This document shows positions 26,781-39,913 of a DNA stretch of 64,000 nt, one piece after another. This stretch comes from Octopus vulgaris. Lineage: Eukaryota. The notes beneath the pieces are model-generated. The model was not told where the DNA came from. It made no database searches and worked only from the letters and a program-made list of their open reading frames with translations. Each line of letters starts with the position of its first letter. Positions within the stretch are counted from its first letter, which is position 1. The stretch lies in NCBI GenBank assembly GCA_951406725.2, contig OX597838.1, positions 21,638,001 to 21,702,000 on the forward strand, read 5' to 3'. Both the position numbers and the translations under genes were made by a program.

Positions 26781-27660
26781 ACGTCCGTTAGAGGATCCAT
26801 TACAACCGCTGAGAAAAACATCAACTAAATAACGAAATAAAAGAGAGGTTATCTTCAGTACTTAGGGAAGTAACCAGAGACGATGATAGAAAGAGAATCC
26901 AACAAGATCTAGAAAAGTCGTACATGAAAGAATTTGAAACGGTGAAGACATGCCAGATTAAGAAGTTTATGAAACTCAAAGGTCAGCTTTCAGACCATCT
27001 AACTTTCCTGTGTAGATGTAGAGACTCAAAGCTAATATATTGAATATATTGACGCCAGTGGTTTCATATAAAGCTAGAAGAGTAACGAAAAGGGCAGGAC
27101 ATGCCCTCGTCTGTAAGAGGATTCATTACAACTGTTGGAAAAAGACATCAACTAAATAACGAAATCAAAGAGAGGTTATCTTCATTACTTAGGAAAATAA
27201 CCAGAGATTATGATAGAAAGAGAATCCAACAAGATCTAGAAATGTCGTACATGAAAGAATTTGAAACGTTGAAGACATTCCAGATTAAGAAGTTTATGAA
27301 ACTCAAAGGTCAGCTTTCAGACCATCTAACTTTCCTGTGTAGTTGTAGAGACTCAAAGCTAATATATTGAATATATTGACACCAGTGGTTTCATATAAAG
27401 CTAGAAGAGTAACGAAAAGGGCAGGACATGCCCTCGTCTGTAAGAGGATTCATTACAACTGTTGGAAAAAGACATCAACTAAATAACGAAATCAAAGAGA
27501 GGTTATCTTCATTACTTAGGAAAATAACCAGAGATTATGATAGAAAGAGAATCCAACAAGATCTAGAAATGTCGTACATGAAAAAATTTCAAATGGTGAA
27601 GACGAAACTCAAAGGCCAGAGAACTTTCAATCCATCTAACTTTCCTGTGTAGATGTAGAA
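26781..27660 (+). repeat. ~327-bp tandem repeat (about 2.7 copies) derived from a PLE ORF N-terminal region
   Basis: Near-identical ORFs start at 27101 and 27428. The peptide HLTFLCRCRDSKLI...KARRVTKRAG...QIKKFMKL resembles a Penelope/Poseidon N-terminus. Confidence 0.7.
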
Positions 27661-27905
27661 ATGCAAATGTTTTCGAATATGATAACCCTAATATTTTTTA
27701 TGATTGTCCTTTCTTTAATCTTGGTTATCCTCTGTCCCTTTTTTCTATCGAATGCCTCCCTCCTCTATTCTTTCTATTCCTTCCTCTCTTCCTTTCTTTC
27801 TTTCTCTTCACTTTAGCACTTCTTTTCCAAATAATCATTTCTCTTCTTCTTTCTTCTTTATTTCACTTCCACTTTACACTGATTGCGTGAGCGGAGAGAG
27901 TCGCG

Positions 27906-28010
27906 CGCTGATCCGCTCGCATCGCTCACTGATCCGCTGCCGCCGTTCGCTGATCCGCTGCCGCCGTTCGCTGATCCGCTACCGCCGTTCGCTGATCCGC
28001 TGCCGCTGCT
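27906..28010. repeat. 21-bp GC-rich minisatellite, ~5 copies
   Basis: Unit cgctgatccgctgccgccgtt. Confidence 0.9.
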
Positions 28011-28052
28011 CTGGGCCATTTCTTGAGTGCCCTGCTTGTTTATAACTAGAAA

Positions 28053-28184
28053 TGACTCTGAGGAAAGTAGCATTAATTCTCATGCATGTTCAATTTTTCT
28101 CAACCGATCAATGGGCCGATTAAATAAACCTATCAATAACGAACATATAATGACTACCGGAAACCCGGAAACAGCTGTAACTCA
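28053..28184 (+). ncRNA. Degenerate hammerhead with long stem II
   Basis: tgact-CTGAGGA-aagtagcatta...taatgactaccg-GAAA-cccg-GAAA-cagctg-TA-actca. The ccggaaac segment is duplicated and stem I is imperfect. Confidence 0.45.
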
Positions 28185-28432
28185 AACTTACTAACGTAAA
28201 GAAACCCTAACCCTAAAGAAACATATTTAATGACCATTATTTATGTCTTGTTTTGAATATCACTCTATGCTAAAAACTAGTATAGCTGGAACACAGCCAT
28301 GGTTTTACCATACAGAATGGTGATGAATAACCTCGGATCCTGCCACAAGAATTCTTTACAAATTTAAACAACATTGATAGCCTGGTGTCCAAACACGATG
28401 GCTTATAAAATATGTATATATATATGATATAG

Positions 28433-28503
<71 letters not shown>

Positions 28504-28813
28504 TAAGTAATTAAGGGTTTAGCAACGAATTGCCTCACCAACACACCGAATTTAGAAATAGCAGTCAAAGAGATATAGCTATTCCTTCTTATATATATAT
28601 ATATTATGTGAAATAGAAAGATGAATAATCTTGTAGCAGATTAATCAAAAGTTTAACCGATACCTTGGTAGCAAAAATCACAGCAGAAAACAGCACGGTT
28701 GGAGGTACAACCATATGGTGTTGCAACCGTGCGTTGGTGCGGATAATTGAAATTAAAATATTATTGGTGAATTGAAGAAATGGAGCTGAACGAAGATTGA
28801 ACAGAAATCGTTT

Positions 28814-28906
28814 TATTTCATTCTACACGTGTTTCGAAAGGCACAATTTACCAAAATCCGATTGAATAATGAGACCATATTGTGTCTTTCTCTTCAGGAA
28901 GAAATA
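28814..28906 (-). ncRNA. Type I hammerhead ribozyme in PLE 3' repeat
   Basis: Minus strand: tatttcttc-CTGAAGA-gaaagacacaat...attgtgcctttc-GAAA-cacgtg-TA-gaatgaaata. Confidence 0.8.
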
Positions 28907-29513
28907 GGAAATCCGTTGGAAAAAACAAAAACAGAACAGAGGCGGAGCAAAACAAATCGAACTAAGCTCCTAAGAGCCCATGGCAAAACTGTTTAGCAGT
29001 GTATGTTGAGAACCGGTGGCTGAAGAATTTAACGGGTCAGGCAGCGGTCAATCATGTGGGTGAGGGTGTGTAGATGTTCTTTGTGACCGAGAATAAAGTT
29101 CTGACTATTTAAGGAATATTGGATGTTTTATAAGGGGTGAGAAAAAATCTACTTAGAGACATGTGTGTGTATACTGTTCTATATATGTGTGTGCTGACGT
29201 AGGGGTAGAAAACATTTTTTGTGTACGTGTGTGCGTTTGATCGCTCGGCTGTCAGTGGCTAAGCCACTCTCCACAATGGCTACTGCAGTAAGAACCGTTG
29301 GGTGGCAGAAAAAAAAAAAAAAAAATATTATGTTTTATGTGTGTGTGTGTTCGTCTGAGCCTGCCTTGTCAAGGTAACCCCCCGTTGTCAAAAAACCAAG
29401 CCCCGTTTATCTTACAGGAGTAATTCCCCTTGCAGTGGTTAATCGTAAATATCTTAAAGGCTATTTCAGAATTTGTTACCAAGGGCTATGGGTGCCGGTA
29501 TTATTTATAAACG

Positions 29514-30590
29514 CTATTTAAAAGCCAGATAAGTGTAACGCCGCCAATGGGGGCATCGAAAAGCCGACTGTAAAAGTCCGTTTACCATCCGGCCTCTGGC
29601 AAACAAAATATGGAAGAGTTCGGAGACACAAAGGTTGCACTGCCTTCTGCCCCTATCAAATGGGAGGGCCACCGACAAAATTGACCATTCCAGCCTGTAG
29701 CTTGAGTTCGTATCCTTCAGTCGCCATATTAGCTTGCTGAGTCCCGTGGTCTGGCGCTTGTTCATGTCCCGAAAAGTTGCGTAATGGTTGGAGACTCGCA
29801 AAGCCAATCTTGACGATGAGGCCCCTACATAAGTGAAGACATCTGAGTCCGTGTAAACCTTGCATTGGTAGACGGCGTTTTTGATCTTGGAGTTCGCCGA
29901 CGTGAATCTTATTCTGCTAGGATTAGTTTCTGAAATTAGAACTGCGTTCCTGTCACTATATTCGTTCCGAGAACTGCAGCCGCTTACTACTCTATTTTCC
30001 ACTACGTCACTATTAACTATAGGAGTAACCCCTGATTCTCCACTATCTATCAGAGTGCTGTCATTGCTGGTGCCCGTGGTGCTGCTATTGCGGGAAATTA
30101 TGCTGGGGATGCTATTGGGGCTCTCTACCCTACTCCCATTGTTACCGTCAACCACAACACCCCTATTTATAACTATACCCCTAGTGGGTACTCCCTGGCT
30201 GGAGCTGAGATTATGTGTCACTGTACTGGCTCTCATATCATTATTACTACTATAATTATTCCTACTGAGCATTAAACCGGGAGCGGAAGAGGCTGTGCCT
30301 CCGGAAAAAGGTGATAGGGTCTTAGTAAGTAGCCTATTATTGTGGGAGGCGATTATCTGGGCGAGGTTTTTAGTGTTGGAGAAAGCTATCCTAACTTTAT
30401 GCGAGTTAACCGTGGAGTAATATTTGGAATTTCTGGGGAAGTTATTGGCGATGGCTTGTCTAAACATGAGGGGGAGGTTAGTTCTAATCTGCTTACCAAA
30501 GGGAATTACAAACCATATATGCTTATTCCTATCTGTGTGATGGGTCGGGACGCCAGCTCTCGCATTCGGGTGGGTGATTCTCGGATGAAT
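29514..30590 (-). CDS. PLE ORF C-terminal part: RT thumb end, long S/N-rich linker, GIY-YIG endonuclease (Naiad/Chlamys-like)
   Basis: IWF.IPF...TN....F...I..NFP...Y...N...RIAFS...NL.QII.SHN; AVY..YVG...RVSNH; T.LSKLIW.LK; W.IL; CNLCVSE...VN...CPH. No stops over ~350 codons, but no genuine start codon. Confidence 0.8.
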   Translation of the reverse strand: MHPRITHPNARAGVPTHHTDRNKHIWFVIPFGKQIRTNLPLMFRQAIANNFPRNSKYYSTVNSHKVRIAFSNTKNLAQIIASHNNRLLTKTLSPFSGGTASSAPGLMLSRNNYSSNNDMRASTVTHNLSSSQGVPTRGIVINRGVVVDGNNGSRVESPNSIPSIISRNSSTTGTSNDSTLIDSGESGVTPIVNSDVVENRVVSGCSSRNEYSDRNAVLISETNPSRIRFTSANSKIKNAVYQCKVYTDSDVFTYVGASSSRLALRVSNHYATFRDMNKRQTTGLSKLIWRLKDTNSSYRLEWSILSVALPFDRGRRQCNLCVSELFHILFARGRMVNGLLQSAFRCPHWRRYTYLAFK

Positions 30591-30909
30591 ATATATATAT
30601 ATATATACATACAGTGCTGAATTGTCAAACATTTAAACCAAATTTTCTCAAAACAGCGCAATTGGATGGGGGATGCCCGAGATCCTAGAAGACACACAGA
30701 CAGACAGAACGGATTTTATATAATATATGTAATTATATATAAATATATATACATGTATACGTTTATATATACCGACGCACGCATAAATATACTACAAATA
30801 TGCATATATATATATTTATATACATACATGCATACATATATACATACATATATATCGGTGTGTGTGTGTGTGTATTTGATCATGGAGAGAGACGTAGTGA
30901 TTGTATGTA

Positions 30910-30959
<50 letters not shown>

Positions 30960-31288
30960 TGTGTGTCTGTGAGCGTGCGTGTGTTGTCTTTTTTTTTCTC
31001 ACGCTCATCTACATCCCAGCTGTCTTATTCACCAGGTTTCAGTACAGAACCAGCCACACTCTTTCTAATCTGACAAGTCCCATGTATGTATGTATGTATA
31101 TACTTTTACACACACACGTATGTGCGCACATGCATACATGCATATATCTTTATCTCACTCCGTCCACTTGCTATGCGCACTCCGATGTGTTTCAGCGTCT
31201 CAATGTGTGTGTATATGTGTGTGTTTGTGTGAGTATGCATCTTGTGTGTGTGTGTGTGTGTGTCTCTATCTTCTCTCTCTTTCTCCCC

Positions 31289-31403
<115 letters not shown>

Positions 31404-31418
31404 ATCTATCTACCTACT

Positions 31419-31468
<50 letters not shown>

Positions 31469-31789
31469 GACATATATATGTGTCTTCATTGACCGAGGTT
31501 ACCGTGGTCTTTTCCGTAGGCTTTTCTTTCCACGGGTAAACCTCACCTGTCCTCCCCTTTACACTTCATATTGACATTTCTGTGATAACGATCCCTATTG
31601 ATCCAATTTTTTTCCTTTGCCTTTTTTCTCCCCCCCTTTTTTTTGTCCTCTTTCTTTCCATTTACGATCCCTTTTGATCGAAAACCAAATCCCCTTCTTT
31701 TACCCCCAAAAGAAAAGCTCTACCTTGTAATTTTGTCCTGTCTGTGTGCAGCCCTGTGTGGCTAATAAAGAAACATATCTATCTCTCTA

Positions 31790-31884
<95 letters not shown>

Positions 31885-32149
31885 GTCTATGGGATTTTCT
31901 GTGTGTCTGTGACGTGTATGTAAGTGTGTGTTTATGTTATTACACATGTATATTAGTATATGCTCGTGCTTGTGTGTATGTGTGTGTGTGTGTATGAGAG
32001 TTTGTATAGATGTGTCTTTACTTGCACGTGATTTTATTGCATAATACATACGTGCTTATAAGTATTTGAGTTTGTGTATGTGTGCAAAAAAAGGAAGGTG
32101 AGTGTGTGTGTGTGAGTCTGCGAATGTGTGTGTGTGTGTGTATGTGTGT

Positions 32150-32206
<57 letters not shown>

Positions 32207-32243
32207 TGTGTATGTGTGTGTATGTGTGTGTGTATGTGTGTGT

Positions 32244-32295
<52 letters not shown>

Positions 32296-32628
32296 ATAAG
32301 ATAGCGTGTATTTGTTTATCTTAGTTGCTATCAATCTGAAACGAGGCCACTGAGTGGAGTGATGAAGAGAATAGGAGGCAGAGGAGGAGGAACAAGATGA
32401 CAAGGAGGAGGCGGGGAGGCAAAGGGGAGGAGATGTAGGACGTGGAGAGAACAAGAGGGAAGTAGGAGGAAGAGGGGCAGACATTTCGAAAAGTATTGAA
32501 ATCTCAAAAAAAAAACAATGGAAGCTTGAGGTAGATGTTGCGTCGGATGACAATAAAAAACACTCGCGCACACACACATACACACATGCACACACATATA
32601 TATATTTATCTCTTTCTCTCTCACTCTT

Positions 32629-32679
<51 letters not shown>

Positions 32680-32829
32680 TATATATATATGTACACACAT
32701 ACACACACATATAAACGTATATATTTATCTCTTTCTCTCTTTCTTTCTCCCTCAATATGTGACCGCGTGTGTATCGTTGGCGATTTTTTTCCCTCCGTCT
32801 TCCCTTCCTTGGATCTTTCCTTCTTCTAT

Positions 32830-32864
32830 GTTTCTGACGAAGAGCTCCGCTCGAAACGTTAAAT
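32830..32864 (+). ncRNA. Minimal type I hammerhead in a PLE-type fragment (~32740-32965)
   Basis: gttt-CTGACGA-a-gagc-tcc-gctc-GAAA-cg-TT-aaat, with palindromic AACGTT stem III. Confidence 0.65.
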
Positions 32865-32990
32865 CCTCCTTTCTTCCCTTTCCGCAGCGTCCAATAACAC
32901 TATACTTGTTCCACGTCCTCCCGTTGTTGTGTTATCTCTTTGTGTTCTCATGTTTCGATTAAATTTATATATATGTACACAAAATACACA

Positions 32991-33071
<81 letters not shown>

Positions 33072-33410
33072 ACACACATGTCAATCAAAATGGCAAGACC
33101 TACATAAGCTCGCATTTCTAAATCGTTCGCTTCTGATGATGCGCCTTTGTGTCTGAAACACTTATAAACGTTACTCAACTTTCCTTTTACGCGTTGTTAG
33201 AAGCCGTCCTTCGTCATTGTTTGCTATTTTCATAAACATCACAATGCTTCAAGCAAAGCACACCGTTCTTTAGAAGTTCAATACTCGGGCATTCAACTAT
33301 GGTTCCATTGCATCCCATAGCAGAAACAACTGTAAGCCAATGAAGCTCCCTTAGATAATCGGTTATTCCTTTATCATTTCAATTTCACATGTATATATAT
33401 ATATATACGT

Positions 33411-33831
33411 GTGGAGGCACAATGGCCTAGTGGTTAGGGCAGCGGACTCGCGGTCGTAGGATCGTGGTTTCGATTCCCAGACCGAGCGTTCTGAGTGTTT
33501 ATTGAGCGAAAACACCTAAAGCTCCACGGAGCTCCGGTAATCCCTGCTGTACTCTTTCGCCGCAACTTTCTCTCACTCTTTCTTATGTTGGCTTGCTCGC
33601 TTAGCCAGCGGGTTGGCATCATTCGAAGGCTAAAACCATACGAAGCGCATTGTGACCAGCGATGTGTAAGTCACAGTGATCACGGTGATATATATATAAA
33701 TCCACTCACAAGCCTTTGGTCGTTTCGGGGTTATAGTAGAAGACACTTGCCCAAAGTGCAATGCAATGGGAGTGAACCCGGAACCATGTGTTTAGGAAAC
33801 ACGCGTCCTACTACACAGCCACACCTACGCC
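33411..33831. mobile_element. SINE C (+, 33411-33668) followed by SINE A head (-, 33699-33831)
   Basis: Matches other copies in the window. Confidence 0.8.
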
Positions 33832-34045
33832 TATTTACATTCACACACACACACACACCTAAAAACTTGCGTGCACTAACCTATGCGCAATTGCTGCATT
33901 GCTCCACTTGTTTGGCAAATGATTTCACTTGGGGCCGCCATTGTTTATTCTTGAACAATTACATCAATACGTCTGTAACAGTCACACTAAAACAACCCCA
34001 CTGATTTCATGCAACAGTCTCCTTTAAAATACCAAATATATACAC

Positions 34046-34081
<36 letters not shown>

Positions 34082-34540
34082 TCGTTGCACTTTTTCCTAC
34101 CTGGTCATTGACACAATTCCAACGAATCTGTTTTAAAACTCGGTTACTGGGCAGTTTTTTTTCTTCTTTTTAATAATACTCGGCTGTATTTTGCTTATCG
34201 TATGTTTTCCTTCATTAAATTTCTTTTCTTTTTCCAATTGTATTTTTTTTGGCAATTGCATTCCTCTTCCAGCAGGGGAGTGGTTAATAAGATAATCAAA
34301 CGGCAAGAATAGAAAACTATTACGTGATGAGTCCCTGCGTAATAGCATCGGGGACGACGACCCAGATTCATGTTACAACAATGGGAACATCGAAAAACAT
34401 TCGTTATTTGCTTTCTTTCTTCTCTTTCACTCTCCCATCTCTGTCTCTCTCTCTCTCCCTCTGCATTTGTGTATTCACTTATCTATTTCCCATTGTCTGT
34501 TGCTCTCTCTCTCTCTCTCACTCATTGTCTGTCTTTCTGA

Positions 34541-34634
<94 letters not shown>

Positions 34635-34637
34635 GCC

Positions 34638-34670
<33 letters not shown>

Positions 34671-34695
34671 GCCTGTCCGTCTGTCTGTTTGTCCG

Positions 34696-34754
<59 letters not shown>

Positions 34755-34819
34755 GTCTGTCTGTCTGTCTGTCTGTCTGCCTGTCTGCCTGTCTGCCTGT
34801 CCGTCTGTCTGTTTGTCCG

Positions 34820-34864
<45 letters not shown>

Positions 34865-34995
34865 ATATCCATCCATCCATCCATCCATCCATCCATCCAT
34901 CCATCCATCCATCTCTCTCTCTCTCTCTCTCCCTCTCTATCTATCTATCTATCCAGCTATCTATGTATCTGTCAGTCTGGCCGCCTGTCTTTCTG

Positions 34996-35066
<71 letters not shown>

Positions 35067-35075
35067 CTCTCCCTC

Positions 35076-35162
<87 letters not shown>

Positions 35163-35570
35163 TTCTTCAAGGCTGTGCAGTAAGAAGCTTAATGAATACA
35201 TTTATCGAGAGGTGATATTTATCCTCATGTGTTGATGTTCTGTTAGAACCAACTATACTGTGGTAAATACCATGAGAGAAATTCTCATATTGGCTTCTGG
35301 TGCAAAATGCACTCTTGTTTATATCATTAACGGGGAGATAAATCAATGCCACCTCCAGGACCAACACCACTAGATCACGTAATATCAACCTTCCTTAGTC
35401 TTGTCAGTGACAGGCGCTCGACTTCTAAAGATGGCAGTGATATATTCTCCCCGCCAGCGATATATAGACAAGCAGTACCAAAGAAGGCGCTGGTTTTGTG
35501 ATTACTGAATGAGCTTGTTAAAAAGTATGTATTAGTGACAGAGGCAGTATAAATACAGAGCGATAATATT

Positions 35571-36000
35571 TGGCTGTGTGGTAAGTAGCTTGCTCACGAA
35601 CCACATGGTTCTGGGTTCAGTCTCACCGCGTGACACCTTGGGCAAGTATTTTCTACAATAGCCTCGGGCTGATCAAAGCTTTGTGAGTGGATTTGGTAGA
35701 CGGAAACTGAAAGAAGCCCGTCGTATATATGTATGTATATATATATGTATATGTATATATATGTATGTGTGTGTGTGTGTGTGTATTTGTGTGTCTGTGT
35801 TTGTCCCCCCAACATCGCTTGACAACCGATGCTGGTGCGTTTACGTCCCCGTAACTTAGCGGTTCGGCAAAAGAGAACCGATAGAATAAGTACTAGGCTT
35901 ACAAAGAGTAAGTCCTGGAGTCGATTTTCTCGACTAAAGGCGGTGCTCCATAATGGCTACAGTCAAATGACTGAAACAAGTGAAAGAGTAAAAGAGTAAA
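35571..36000 (+). mobile_element. SINE family A, near full length
   Basis: Matches the 20218 copy without the MITE. Confidence 0.9.
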
Positions 36001-36116
36001 GTCTTAGAATTCGCAGGAACAATTATAACAGGGGATAATGAAAAATTACGCAAGAATCCAGAATGCAAAATAATGAATAACAAATCTTGGAAGACGCACA
36101 AACACAACTATATATA

Positions 36117-36517
36117 CTAGCAGTATCGCCCGGCGTTGCTCGGGTTTGTAAGGGAAATAACTATATAAGTATTTTTAGAGAGTTATAGCCAAAAAATAGC
36201 AAAAAAAAAATTCATTAAAAATGGAAAAAAAATTATGGTAATTTTTTTTAAAAATCGTTGACTCATCGTAGACATTTTTAGAGAGTTACTTCCCTTATAT
36301 AATAGTGAAAAAATGCATTAAAATGGAAAAAAATGATGGTAAATTATTTTTAAAATCGTAGACTCATCGTAGACGCGCGCTAATACCCAGAAGGGCTTGA
36401 TATGAATCACGACTATAAGATACCCGGTTTTGGTTACACTGCACCGCAAAATGTGGGAGTAGTTAGGAATCTAAATCGTAGGAGACAGACACACAACTTG
36501 ACTTTTATATATAAAGA
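36117..36517 (-). mobile_element. Non-autonomous Helitron
   Basis: Minus strand starts TCtttatatataaaag and ends with hairpin cccgagcaacgccggg ... CTAG, inserted at A|T. Homologous to 49611-50456. Confidence 0.85.
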
Positions 36518-37418
36518 TATATATATTTTTTTAAACAGCGTGCACTAGGATGTCACTTGCAGTACTTCAGTGCACTGCAGTGCTTCAGTGCACTGTAGTG
36601 CACTGTTTGAGTAGCATTGTTCTAGGCAAAGTGAAATTATAATGGGTAAAAATGAAAAAAACGAAAAATCAGTCTTCAATTCTTTTCTCAATATGGAATG
36701 AAATGAAGGTTTCTAATTCTTGGCATATTTTCTATTTCTGAATCGCATAGAAGAGGGTAATCTATTATGAAACCCATATCATTTATAAATATCATTTATA
36801 TATATATATATACACTGTGTGTGTATGTGTGCATGTAATATATATATAACATATATATGCGTATATAATATATATATTTATATATATGTGTGTGTATACA
36901 TATGTATTATGTATGTACATACATATACACATACAAATATACATATATTTATATATATATATAATATAGATATGTGTATGTGTAAGTACATACATAATAC
37001 ATACGTATACACACATATCTGTATATATATGTATATATATACATATATATGCATATATATATATGTGTGTGTGTGTGTGTGTATTTATATAATATATAAT
37101 ATGTATATATATATGTATATATATTTATACGTATATATGTATATATATATATATGGATATATATGGATACATATATATATGTATGCATGTATGTATGTAT
37201 GTATGTATGTATGTATGTATGTATTTTTTTCGCAACCTTTCTTATTATCATATCTCAATGGTACTCAGCGCAGACCATCGTTAGCAATAATTAAAGTATA
37301 TCCTGTTGTTTTCTTCGGCGTCTGGGAATTCAGTTTGTTATACATACATGCAAACATACATACATGCAAACATACATACATGCCTGCATATGTGTAAAGT
37401 GTGTGTGTGTGTTTGTGA

Positions 37419-37561
<143 letters not shown>

Positions 37562-37713
37562 GTGTGTGAGATTGTGTATAGAAGAATATATTAATAAAAG
37601 GAATTCCAACCTTGTCTGATTTTCACGTTTTATTTACAATCTTATAATGATATAATATAAGATAATATAATATAATAAAATAAAATAATAGAATGTTAAA
37701 TGTTCATTCTGAT

Positions 37714-37758
37714 TGAACTAGTACTTTCATGCATTAAATTATGCAATCTTCAGGTTCA
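37714..37758 (-). ncRNA. Minimal type I hammerhead ribozyme motif
   Basis: Minus strand: tgaac-CTGAAGA-ttgcataatttaatgcat-GAAA-gtac-TA-gttca. Confidence 0.7.
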
Positions 37759-37916
37759 TGTAGTAGTGGTGACAGTCATCCTTCACAATTTTTGACTGTA
37801 TATATATCAAGGGAGTCAGAGAAAGGCAGAATGCCACTTATATCTGAACACTACTATAGAAATATTCCTTTAAAAAAACTTTTCTTCTAATTTTTCTAAA
37901 TTTAATTATTTAATCG

Positions 37917-37960
37917 TTACAGTTGAAAAGGTCTCAAAATGACCGAAACCGGTACTGAAA
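37917..37960 (+). ncRNA. Type I hammerhead, U3-A8 core variant
   Basis: ttacag-TTGAAAA-ggtc-tcaaaat-gacc-GAAA-ccgg-TA-ctgaaa. Confidence 0.65.
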
Positions 37961-38006
37961 TGTTCACTATAAAATTATTTTAGCATTTTCTATTTTTGAC
38001 TTGTTT

Positions 38007-38043
<37 letters not shown>

Positions 38044-38109
38044 GAACGTCAAAGAGAATGTGTTTGTATGTGTGTGTGTGTGTGAGTGTGTGAGTGTGTG
38101 AGTGTGTGA

Positions 38110-38186
<77 letters not shown>

Positions 38187-39312
38187 TGTGTATTATTTTA
38201 TGTTTTTTTAATTATTGAAATTCTTCCTCTGATGAAGGAGCTGATTTATAGCAAAGGTAGAAAATTACGTTGTCGGAATGTAGAAAACGAAGAACAATAT
38301 CAGATTTTAAACTTGAGCAAAGTCTTACACATTTTTACTGTTCCACCTACAAATTGCATTTCTAACATACGAATTAGTTGGTTGATAATCTTAGCTTGTC
38401 CAGATTGTCAGTTAGGCGTTTACTCCCAAAAGCAAGTGTACCAGTTATTATTGGTATAAATGTGGATTTATGATCTGTATATTGAAGCAGCAAGTTTCGA
38501 AGCAGTTGTCCATCGTTATCCTATAATATGTATGTATGAGTGTGTAAGGATGGGATTCTTTCAGTTTCTGTTTAGCAAATTCACTCACAAGTCATTAGTC
38601 ATCCCAAGGGTGGAAGACACTTGCCGAAGGGGCCACGTAGTGGTACTGAACCCGAAACCATGTGGTTGGGATGCAAACTTTTAATGAAAATGGGTCACAC
38701 TTGGGAATCCAGCCAGAATGTGTAATGATGGTTGCTTTTGATTGGGCTCTATAGATGCTTGAGAGCTCTAGCCCCACGACTCTTCCAGGAGTACTGGGCA
38801 GAGAAGATGGATAGATGGATGGATGGATGGATGAATGAATACTTAGAATTCTTAAGAACAATTACAACATTAGCTCATGAAAAGTTATGCTAGAAACCAG
38901 AACGCATTTGTGTTCCGTAAAAATACACATTCGCCATTTTGCATAAACGGAGAAAGAGAGAAAAAAAGGATGCTAGAAATAAGCGAAGAAATAGATAATC
39001 AGTGGTGGTGGTCGTGGTGGGGAGAAATGATAAAATAGAGCGTATAAAATATTATGGACGGTTTTAAAAGTGTGGGAGGAGTAGAATATAATTTCGTTGG
39101 AATTTAGGAAAAAGGAGTAAAGAAACCGAACGTTGATTGGCGGAAAGGAAACGTTTGCAGCAGACGATAGAATTTTCAAGTTTGAGACGGATGAAGAATA
39201 TAATTAAAGAGAATAAATACAATGAAAATGGCTTACATGTTTTTCGAACGGGAGTTCTAATGGTGCTCAAGTAGGAGGGCGGTGTGTGCATAAGCTTTCT
39301 TTTCTTTTCTTC

Positions 39313-39379
<67 letters not shown>

Positions 39380-39557
39380 TCCTCCTTCCCTTTTCTTTCT
39401 TTCTTTCCTTCCTTCCTTCCTTCCTTCCTTCTTCTTTCTCTCTTTCTCTCTTTCTTTCTTTCTTTCTTTCTTTCTCCCTTCCTTCCTATTTTTCTTTCTT
39501 TCTTCCTCTCCATCCATCCCTTCCTCCCTTTCATTCTTTCTTATAGTAGAATGGACA

Positions 39558-39613
<56 letters not shown>

Positions 39614-39618
39614 ATAAA

Positions 39619-39823
39619 GCGGCGAGGTGGCAGAATCGTTAGCACGCCGGGCAAAACGCTTAGCGGTATTTCGTCCGTTTTTACGTTCTGAGTTCAAATT
39701 CCACCAAGGTCGACTTTGCCTTTCATCCTTTCGGGGTTGATAAATTAAGTACCAGTTGAGCACAGGGGTCGATGTAATCGACTAGTCCCCTCCCCACAAA
39801 TTTCGTGCCTAATAATAGAAACG

Positions 39824-39825
<2 letters not shown>
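39619..39825 (+). mobile_element. SINE family B
   Basis: Matches the 8521 copy over the head and body. Confidence 0.85.

Positions 39826-39913
<88 letters not shown>

Larger units (their letters stand above)
28610..30590 (-). mobile_element. 5'-truncated Penelope-like retroelement
   Basis: RT-thumb/GIY-YIG ORF followed by a 3' region with a same-strand hammerhead. Both ends abut (TA)n. Confidence 0.85.

Noticed and set aside
26781-28010. Possible CRISPR-like arrays (327-bp and 21-bp repeats; also the 98-bp and 165-bp arrays)
   Set aside because: Head-to-tail tandem units without unique spacers, no cas genes, and a eukaryotic context.
28906-29513. SECIS element downstream of the Naiad-like ORF
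   Set aside because: No in-frame UGA in the retained ORF and no convincing SECIS core seen by eye. SECISearch would be needed.
33128-33170. CTGATGA...GAAA hammerhead-like motif
   Set aside because: Stems I and III do not pair cleanly. At best a decayed copy, so it was not counted.
38222-38280. CTGATGA...GAAA motif
   Set aside because: No consistent stem II or stem III pairing.
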